From a virus (taxonomy: Duplodnaviria; Caudoviricetes), in the IMG/VR virus record IMGVR_UViG_3300025141_000551, positions 1 through 28,641 of that record: a stretch of 28,641 nt of DNA; one strand, 5' to 3'. The notes beneath the pieces were generated by a model. That model made no database searches. It was given only the letters and a program-made list of their open reading frames with translations, and had not been told where the DNA came from. The position numbers were made by a program, and so were the translations under genes. This document shows positions 1-6,313 of the stretch, piece by piece (position 1 is the first letter of the stretch; each line of letters opens with the position of its first letter).

Positions 1-1352
1 CAATGTATTTATATAATCACTACTTCCCACAAATCCAGTATATCGCTGAGACTTTATGCGTTCCTCTGGCAACATATGTCAATGCTCCATCAAGTTATAT
101 TACCAAAATTTTACAAGGTAGGAGCTTGTTTGAGCAAGGCATAGTAACGCTTGATAGAAATAAAGAGCGTCACCCTCAGATATATAGAGCTGATAAAGGT
201 AACTATCAAGCAGCTCATATTGAATTATATAGACCGGGATTCCATCAGAAGAATGTAAAGGTAGACTTTAGTTCTTACTATCCTTCTATAGCTATGGCCT
301 TAAATTTAGGGCCAGATACTACACAAATTGTAGGTTATGATGAGTATAGTGATGAGGTAGAATTCAAAAATGACATACTTTACGTGCCTGATAACAAGGT
401 GGGTAAAAGACTAATGATTAAAATAGACCAGTCTAGGAAGAGCTGTCTATATAAAATGTGTCATGAATTTAAGGAAATGCGAAAGCCTTATAAGCTTGGG
501 TCTACGAAAGAAGATAAGAGCAAATCAGATGCTCTAAAAATAATGGTGAATACTTTCTATGGGGCAAATGCTAATCCTTATATCAGCTATGGTGATATGG
601 GCGTGGGTGTTACTATCACAGCGATTGCGAGGTGGTTACTCCTCTCCGGCGTTAATATTATCCGTAGCCGATATGGAGAAGATGCTGTGGTATATGTACA
701 CACAGATGGGATTAATACTAATGTGGATGTTGATGAGTTATGGTTGACAAACAGATTAAGGAGATTACTAAAACATGTTATTCCTGATGCTGAGCCGGAC
801 CATATATCGATGGATAAAGATTACTTTAAAGAAGGTGTTTGGTTACAAGTAGGAAACTATGCTTTAAGAAATGAAGATGGAAGTATAACAAAACATGGAA
901 GCACCTTCAAAGCTACATCACGTTCTAAATTTTATTTAACAGTGTTAGAGAAATTAATAGATGGTCGAATGAATAACGTTGTTAATACTAAGTTTATTGA
1001 TGACCTGTATTCTTTAGAAGCTTATACCTTAGATGATTTTATTATGAGAAAGTCTCAAGGTAGGGAGAAAAAGGATTACAAATCTGAGACTGACTTAATA
1101 ATGAAATTAATTGAACAAGGAGAACAAATAGGTATGACTCCTTCACAAGGAACCACTTACTACTATTGTAAGACTAATGAAGGATATAAACTTACAGATA
1201 CTATTAAAGATATAAATGAGATAGATATTCGTTACTACTGGGATACTATCACTACTCTCCTACAAAAGTTCAAATTAGATGAGTGGGTTCGTAAGAAGCC
1301 CCCTATTACAGTAGTAGATAAAAAACAAAAGAGTTTAATGGAATGGATATAA
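1..1352 (+). CDS. polB: Family B DNA polymerase, 5'-truncated by the window edge (palm/fingers/thumb plus C-terminal PIP box)
   Basis: Motif A DFSSYYPS (264-287), motif B KIMVNTFYG, motif C variant YVHTDG (693-710), NYAL...KHG thumb region. C-terminal QKSLMEWI (1326-1349) matches the archaeal QxxLxxW/F PCNA-interacting motif. The exonuclease domain is absent, so the ATG at 3 is probably internal. Confidence 0.93.
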   Translation, partial: MYLYNHYFPQIQYIAETLCVPLATYVNAPSSYITKILQGRSLFEQGIVTLDRNKERHPQIYRADKGNYQAAHIELYRPGFHQKNVKVDFSSYYPSIAMALNLGPDTTQIVGYDEYSDEVEFKNDILYVPDNKVGKRLMIKIDQSRKSCLYKMCHEFKEMRKPYKLGSTKEDKSKSDALKIMVNTFYGANANPYISYGDMGVGVTITAIARWLLLSGVNIIRSRYGEDAVVYVHTDGINTNVDVDELWLTNRLRRLLKHVIPDAEPDHISMDKDYFKEGVWLQVGNYALRNEDGSITKHGSTFKATSRSKFYLTVLEKLIDGRMNNVVNTKFIDDLYSLEAYTLDDFIMRKSQGREKKDYKSETDLIMKLIEQGEQIGMTPSQGTTYYYCKTNEGYKLTDTIKDINEIDIRYYWDTITTLLQKFKLDEWVRKKPPITVVDKKQKSLMEWI

Positions 1353-1739
1353 ATGGCGGCAAGGAAATATAAAGACCCCTTTGGTAGATTGTTCTACAAT
1401 GTTCAGAGAAGTGCAGCGAATGGTCCGAAAGGTTCAGCCCAAAAGATATTGGACCCTGACTATAAACCTCGTAAGATTGATTTCGATATAGAAGATTTAA
1501 AAGACATATGGTATAATCAACAAGGAGGTAAATGTTTTTGGTTGGGTATACCTTTGGAACCAGAATGGGTAAATGAATCATATCATCCCTTAGCCCTAAG
1601 CGTAGATAGACTAGAATGTGGAGGAGACTATGTTAAAGATAATATAGTTATATGTTCTAGATTAGCTAACATGGGGCGTAGTAAATACGATAAAGAGAAA
1701 TTTTCAGATGTTATTGGCTATCTTAAGGCAAATCTTTAA
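1353..1739 (+). CDS. His-Me finger (HNH/endonuclease VII-like, 'SxDR' variant) putative homing endonuclease
   Basis: QQGGKC...LSVDRL...YVKDNIVICSRLAN pattern typical of viral beta-beta-alpha endonuclease-like proteins; starts immediately after the polB stop. Confidence 0.65.
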   Translation: MAARKYKDPFGRLFYNVQRSAANGPKGSAQKILDPDYKPRKIDFDIEDLKDIWYNQQGGKCFWLGIPLEPEWVNESYHPLALSVDRLECGGDYVKDNIVICSRLANMGRSKYDKEKFSDVIGYLKANL

Positions 1740-1745
1740 ATACTA
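1728..1745 (+). promoter_or_regulatory. Putative archaeal promoter (TATA box TTTAAATA at 1735-1742)
   Basis: TTTAAATA overlaps the endonuclease stop codon and lies about 70 nt upstream of the next ATG, in one of the few intergenic gaps. Confidence 0.5.
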
Positions 1746-1810
1746 TAACGTCGTAAAACTAAAAGAGGACGGCCCGTCGGTCGCTCCCCTTCCCATAGGA
1801 GAATGAGAAA

Positions 1811-2005
1811 ATGGACGAAAATGATAAGAAACCGTTAGCAGCGCATTTAGATGCGGCAGAAGTAAAAATAGTCTGGCGAGAAGAAGAGAAAACGAAAGTT
1901 GGCAGAGGAATGATAACTAATGATGATGATAATTTTGTTTACCTCAAAGGTGAAAAGGGCACAGTCATAGTTAATAAGAAGGATATTATTGCCATAAAAC
2001 AATAG
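1811..2005 (+). CDS. Small Sm/Hfq-like beta-barrel protein (putative RNA-binding)
   Basis: 64 aa; VKIVW...GRGMITNDDDNFVYL...TVIVNKKDIIAIK resembles the Sm1/Sm2 pattern of Hfq/Lsm proteins; SD AGGAG at 1797-1801. Confidence 0.55.
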   Translation: MDENDKKPLAAHLDAAEVKIVWREEEKTKVGRGMITNDDDNFVYLKGEKGTVIVNKKDIIAIKQ

Positions 2006-2010
2006 TAAAC

Positions 2011-3534
2011 ATGACTGCCGAAGAGATATTACATACGGGTAACCCGTTACAACAAGGAAACATTTCTAAACAAATTCAGATTGATAGACCTTTAAAGGGG
2101 AAATTAAGGATAATGCCAATATCAGATAGCCCGTGGGCTCCTACTGGTTTTGGAACTAATACGAGAAATATAGGAGCTATTCTATATGGTGATGGTCATC
2201 GAATAGGATATGGTGGGTGTCAAAATTCAAGTCATGTAAAGTGGAGTACCCCATGGCCTTTGAGTCAAACAGAGACGTGGGCACATTTTGAAAACTTACC
2301 TATATTATTTCCCGGTCAAGAAAGGTTTGGAGAAAAATCTTTTCCTGAATGGGTTAGACAATATAGACCTGACGTTATATTAGCTCACTTAGACTTTCAA
2401 ATGTTTAGACATATAACTGATAGTAAAATGCCTACAGCAGTAAACTTTCCTTTAATAAATCAAAAAACAGGTAAGCTATTAAATAGGAAAGAAAGAACTG
2501 AGCTGATGAATAAAGCTTACAAAGAAGTTAATACTATAAAACAAAAGGGACCAAAGATAGCAGCTATTATACCCTTTGATGGAGAACCTTCTATACCTAT
2601 GTGGCAACAACAGATAGACAATATCGATTTTCCTGTAGCTATGTCTAGGTATGGACAACAAGGACTTAAACAAGATTTTAATTGTGATGCTAAATATATA
2701 CCACATGGTGTGGACACTGACTTATTTAAACCAATGTTAGCACCCAAGTATGGTAAAGAAAATTGTCCTAATGCGTTTATAGTAGGATGTGTAGCACGTA
2801 ACCAACATAGAAAAAATATACCACGTTTATTAAAAGGGTTTGGACAATTCGTTAAGAAGAGAAAACTATCCCCCGACCAAGCTAAACTTATATTACATAT
2901 GGATTGGAATGATGCGATGGGATGGGTATTCCCTGACTTTGCTAAACAATATGGTTTAGAAGAATATCTAATGCCTCCTCTAATGGGTAATTTAGATATG
3001 GGACAACACATAAGTGATGAAGATATGGCAAACCTATATAACTGTATGGATGTTTTTGTACTACCTACAGGTGGAGAAGGTTTTGGTATACCTACTGTTG
3101 AAGCTATGTCTTGTGGAGTTCCTATATGTGTAACTAATTACACTACAGGTTATGAGTTAATTAAATGTGATGACCCTGAGAATGAAAAGGTTCCAATGTA
3201 TCCGCTCGGTGGTAAGTGGGACGATGTTACACCTAATGGTAGAGACCATTTAGAAGAAGAAGATATATGCGAAAGAGGTATACTCTTACCATATAAGGAT
3301 ATGTGGTGGGATACTCCTAAGAGAGCAGCACCACAAAGAGCTTTATGTAGTGAACAAGCTATATGTGAAGCACTAGAATATTACTATGACAACCCTAAGA
3401 AAAGAGTTGCGGCAGGTAAAGCTGCACGTGCTCATGCTCTTAAAGAATATAGTTGGGATGTTATAGGAAAAAGATGGGTTGAATTCTTCAATGACGTTAC
3501 GTCGAAGATTAAACCAGTGAGGAAAAAGAAATGA
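2011..3534 (+). CDS. GT-B fold glycosyltransferase (GT4-like)
   Basis: SDSPWAPTGFG N-terminal loop, IPHGVDTDLFKP, VARNQHRKN, DVFVLPTGGEGFGIPTVEAMSCGVP (EX7E), YSWD at the C-terminus. Confidence 0.92.
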   Translation: MTAEEILHTGNPLQQGNISKQIQIDRPLKGKLRIMPISDSPWAPTGFGTNTRNIGAILYGDGHRIGYGGCQNSSHVKWSTPWPLSQTETWAHFENLPILFPGQERFGEKSFPEWVRQYRPDVILAHLDFQMFRHITDSKMPTAVNFPLINQKTGKLLNRKERTELMNKAYKEVNTIKQKGPKIAAIIPFDGEPSIPMWQQQIDNIDFPVAMSRYGQQGLKQDFNCDAKYIPHGVDTDLFKPMLAPKYGKENCPNAFIVGCVARNQHRKNIPRLLKGFGQFVKKRKLSPDQAKLILHMDWNDAMGWVFPDFAKQYGLEEYLMPPLMGNLDMGQHISDEDMANLYNCMDVFVLPTGGEGFGIPTVEAMSCGVPICVTNYTTGYELIKCDDPENEKVPMYPLGGKWDDVTPNGRDHLEEEDICERGILLPYKDMWWDTPKRAAPQRALCSEQAICEALEYYYDNPKKRVAAGKAARAHALKEYSWDVIGKRWVEFFNDVTSKIKPVRKKK

Positions 3535-3905
3535 ATTTAGTATTTGGAATGGATGGAGTGATTTCTACTCCGTGTAGAGTCTATGAAGACGTAGAAAGAA
3601 GTAAGCCTATCACTAACGCGAAAGAGTTTATGGATTGGCTAAGAGATAAAGGACATCATATAACTATATGGTGTAAAAGACCCAACAGTTTAGATTGGGT
3701 AATGGCTACTAAAGATTGGTGTAAAGCACATGAAATACATTATGATAGGTTAATATTTGATAGACCTTATAATGCAATTATGGTAACTGAAACACCAGCT
3801 AATGCAAAGTATTATAAACACGAGCGTGATTTGTCAATGGTAGCTGACATGTTCGAGGAGTGGACAAACGATGTTAGGAATGAATGGACCCATAGTAAAG
3901 ATTAG
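3531..3905 (+). CDS. Capless HAD-superfamily phosphatase-like protein with a degenerate active site
   Basis: LVFGMDGVI (DxDG with the first Asp replaced), GHHITIWCKR, TKDWC...IHYDRLIFDRP resemble small viral HAD proteins; ATGA overlap with the glycosyltransferase. Confidence 0.7.
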   Translation: MNLVFGMDGVISTPCRVYEDVERSKPITNAKEFMDWLRDKGHHITIWCKRPNSLDWVMATKDWCKAHEIHYDRLIFDRPYNAIMVTETPANAKYYKHERDLSMVADMFEEWTNDVRNEWTHSKD

Positions 3906-4176
3906 GTGGAATGATGCCGCCCAGCAAGTTAAAACTCATGCTGTAAACATAATGGAACCTGTAGAGAATCTCTCTATAGCAGAGAGTGTAGGTGAAATGA
4001 TAGCTAAAGATGATAAAGCAATTATATTAGTGAATCATTGGAATGATGTTGATGGTGTGGATATAGTAACGATACCAACAGATTGGTGTCAGGAGATAGA
4101 GGTTTTAAAGGAATGTATTACAGAGAATTCGGAATCCCAGCCAGAATTGGAAAGTGTAAAGACGTCGAAGAAATAG
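3871..4176 (+). CDS. Hypothetical viral protein with WxDA motif (possible Sm/SH3-like barrel)
   Basis: VKIRWNDA...SVGEMIAKDDKAIIL...TIPTDWCQEIEVL pattern common in tailed-virus small proteins; SD GAGGAG at 3855-3860; alternative start at 3880. Confidence 0.6.
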   Translation: MLGMNGPIVKIRWNDAAQQVKTHAVNIMEPVENLSIAESVGEMIAKDDKAIILVNHWNDVDGVDIVTIPTDWCQEIEVLKECITENSESQPELESVKTSKK

Positions 4177-5195
4177 AGAAATTCGTAGAACAATACAACG
4201 GTAAGAAGAATTGTTATGCGAGTGTCTATGTATTTGATGATGAGAAATTAAAAGCTGAAGGTAGAACTAACTACGAAACAGCTTTGTTAAACACTGTATG
4301 GTTTGATTTTGATGATAATAAGGATGTTAAAAAATGTTTAATGGATGTGAGAAGATTTATACGCCGGTTCTGCAAACCACTAAAGATTACCCCGAGGATA
4401 TATCTTACAGGGGGAAAGGGCTTTCAAATGAATATAGACTTTCATTCGCCAGTGGACTTACCGGCACACGTAAAGCGACAAGCTATACGAGAGTATTTGA
4501 AACACCTTAAGGTTAAATATTCCTTAAAGACGTTAGATGATATTTGTATAAATAATAGTGTCTCTTGTATGAGACGTATACCCAACACTGAGTATATCTC
4601 TAAGATTACTGGTGAAGGGACAGGCGTATGGTGTACTCAATTTAGTGTAGAAGAAATATTAAAGATGGGTATAGAAGAACTATACGCTATGGCACAGGAA
4701 GAGAATGAAAAAACTATTCCTCCTGAGCAAAGCACAAAAGCACAGAGAAACTTTGTGGAATTTGTGTGTGACATGTATGAAATAAAACATACTGTTTCTA
4801 ATAGTATAGCTTATTTATTGAATAAGATAGAAGAAGCAACAGGCTCTATTGAACTCTCTAGTAAGTCTCTATTGGGCAATGAATATATTAAGCCCCCTAG
4901 AAGATGCGTAGTAGAGCTAATAGAGAATAATATAAAGCGTGGACATAGCTCCCATGAGGAGAACAATGTCATCGCTTTCGAATTGGTGAATGGAGGGTGG
5001 TCTGATAGAGATATATCTTTTGTATTCAAGAGTATATATAATGAGGCCGCTGGAGATTGGGGCTGGTATACAGACGATTTAAATACCGCAGGGCGTCATA
5101 TAGAGTCAATTCGAGCGAAAGCTATAAATAGGTATTCAGTTGATAAGTTAATACAATTAGGAATATGCAAAGGAGATAAATGCCTTTGCACCTAA
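4113..5195 (+). CDS. Archaeo-eukaryotic primase, catalytic domain fused to a PriL-like C-terminal Cys domain
   Basis: N-terminal YYREFG, motif I WFDFD, motif II variant TGGKGFQ, motif III region LDD...RRIPNT; C-terminal PPRRC...H...YS...CKGDKCLC resembles the PriL C-terminal domain. ATG 4113 is preferred to the TTG at 4083. Confidence 0.85.
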   Translation: MYYREFGIPARIGKCKDVEEIEKFVEQYNGKKNCYASVYVFDDEKLKAEGRTNYETALLNTVWFDFDDNKDVKKCLMDVRRFIRRFCKPLKITPRIYLTGGKGFQMNIDFHSPVDLPAHVKRQAIREYLKHLKVKYSLKTLDDICINNSVSCMRRIPNTEYISKITGEGTGVWCTQFSVEEILKMGIEELYAMAQEENEKTIPPEQSTKAQRNFVEFVCDMYEIKHTVSNSIAYLLNKIEEATGSIELSSKSLLGNEYIKPPRRCVVELIENNIKRGHSSHEENNVIAFELVNGGWSDRDISFVFKSIYNEAAGDWGWYTDDLNTAGRHIESIRAKAINRYSVDKLIQLGICKGDKCLCT

Positions 5196-5207
5196 GGAAG
5201 TGATTAA

Positions 5208-5579
5208 ATGGCAAATTTAAAAAGAGTAGAGAAAAGACTAGAAAACGTCGAGGCATGGGTGAAGGAATTTGAAAAAGGCACTGGGCCTGTTCAAACAATG
5301 GACAATCTTAATTGGTTGGTAGGACAGTCACGTATGTTGGGAGAAAGATGCAATCAACATGAGAGCATGGTAACCCAATTACAACAAGCACTACAATCAA
5401 ACAATGAGATTCTCAATAAGTTCTTAGAAGAGAATGACATGGTTCATGATTGGAAAGGATTTATTGAAGAAATACAAAAGGAGAATCAAGAAAATGCCCT
5501 TCAAGAGCAAGAAGCAGAGAGCTTGGATGCACAAGAACAAGCCGAAGATGGCGAAGAAGTGGGAGAAGGAGACGCCTAA
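5208..5579 (+). CDS. Coiled-coil hypothetical protein with acidic tail
   Basis: Archaeal-type SD GGAAGTGAT upstream; heptad-like Q/E/L-rich sequence. Confidence 0.75.
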   Translation: MANLKRVEKRLENVEAWVKEFEKGTGPVQTMDNLNWLVGQSRMLGERCNQHESMVTQLQQALQSNNEILNKFLEENDMVHDWKGFIEEIQKENQENALQEQEAESLDAQEQAEDGEEVGEGDA

Positions 5580-5646
5580 AGGTCGTAAACTTCCCACCAA
5601 AGTCAAAAAGAAGAAAAAGGCGGGACGCCGCAAAAGGAAAAAGTGA
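5494..5646 (+). CDS. Small, very basic protein (MPFKSKKQRAWMHKNKP...)
   Basis: 50 aa, K/R-rich; MPFKS.KQR.W...N.P..AKKW type sequences recur in environmental tailed viruses; SD AGGAG at 5479-5483; overlaps the upstream gene by 86 nt. Confidence 0.75.
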   Translation: MPFKSKKQRAWMHKNKPKMAKKWEKETPKGRKLPTKVKKKKKAGRRKRKK

Positions 5647-5650
5647 TATC

Positions 5651-5830
5651 ATGGCTAAGAAAGAAGCAAGTAAAAAAGTCGTTGACGACAAACCAGCTGC
5701 TCAACCTAAGAAGGAAGTAGCTGTTGAACCTGTAGAAGAACATGCTGTTCAAGCAGGTGAAGAAATTATCGAGAGACTCGGTATGAAGTTCATCCGAAAT
5801 GTGGATGAAGGAACCATAAGGAGAATTTAA
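5651..5830 (+). CDS. 59-aa hypothetical protein (MAKKEASKKVVDDKPAAQPKKE...), not in the ORF track
   Basis: Translated by hand; GTGAT SD-like element upstream; fills the gap 4 nt after the previous stop. Confidence 0.75.
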   Translation: MAKKEASKKVVDDKPAAQPKKEVAVEPVEEHAVQAGEEIIERLGMKFIRNVDEGTIRRI

Positions 5831-5832
5831 AT

Positions 5833-5973
5833 ATGGGCGCATTAAAAAAATCAGTAAAAGCTGCCTCAAAGAAAACAGCAGCAACAAAGTCTGAATTTGA
5901 AGAGCGTATGGTCGGTGGACTTATGAGAAAAGTCAATAAGAAAACTGGCGAAATCGTAGAAACCCTCGAATAG
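5833..5973 (+). CDS. 46-aa basic hypothetical protein (MGALKKSVKAASKKTAATK...), not in the ORF track
   Basis: Translated by hand; SD AAGGAG at about 5818-5823; starts 2 nt after the previous stop. Confidence 0.75.
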   Translation: MGALKKSVKAASKKTAATKSEFEERMVGGLMRKVNKKTGEIVETLE

Positions 5974-6063
5974 ATGGGGGTTTTAACCTCTCTAAGTCGC
6001 TGTAAGTGTAGTCCCGATGAGGATTGCACTTGCGGCAAAAGAGTATTAAGAGATTATAAATGA
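5974..6063 (+). CDS. 29-aa Cys-rich microprotein (CxC-x5-CxC), not in the ORF track
   Basis: MGVLTSLSRCKCSPDEDCTCGKRVLRDYK; ATG directly follows the previous TAG, and its TGA overlaps the next ATG (ATGA). Confidence 0.55.
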   Translation: MGVLTSLSRCKCSPDEDCTCGKRVLRDYK

Positions 6064-6248
6064 CAATAACTAAAGCAGAATTGTTAAGTGATATAGAATC
6101 TACAATATCTACTGCAACAACTAACCTAAACTCAGTATTAAATACAGGAAGTATAAGCACTGAAGCAGATAAGAATAAAGCATATGAATACATATTCACA
6201 ATCAATGCAATGACAGAAAGAAAAACGTGGATTGAAGCGAATTTATAA
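6060..6248 (+). CDS. 62-aa hypothetical helical protein
   Basis: ORF coupled to the upstream micro-ORF and ending before the promoter-like gap. Confidence 0.7.
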   Translation: MTITKAELLSDIESTISTATTNLNSVLNTGSISTEADKNKAYEYIFTINAMTERKTWIEANL

Positions 6249-6252
6249 TTTT

Positions 6253-6285
6253 AGAAAAAGGCTTTTATAGGAGCCTATCCTATAG
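6253..6285 (+). promoter_or_regulatory. Putative BRE/TATA promoter of the RNR gene with overlapping inverted repeats
   Basis: GAAAAAG followed by TTTTATAG (6263-6270); TATAGGA-N5-TCCTATA (6266-6284); SD AGGAG before ATG 6314. Confidence 0.55.
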
Positions 6286-6313
6286 TAATGAACCGCAAAA
6301 GGAGTGGTAAAGA

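Noticed and set aside
3-5. ATG at 3 as the true start of a split, exonuclease-less PolB
   Set aside because: The frame is open to the window edge and the sequence matches the region just after ExoIII; truncation is the simpler explanation and a split cannot be judged here.
559-5029. Alternative-frame and antisense ORFs (559-747, 1306-1581, 2479-2706, 2517-3011, 4811-5029)
   Set aside because: They lie within well-supported genes, have no motifs, and look like shadow ORFs.
5434-5493. N-terminal extension of the basic ORF given in the ORF track
   Set aside because: ATG 5494 has an SD and begins the recognisable MPFKS sequence.
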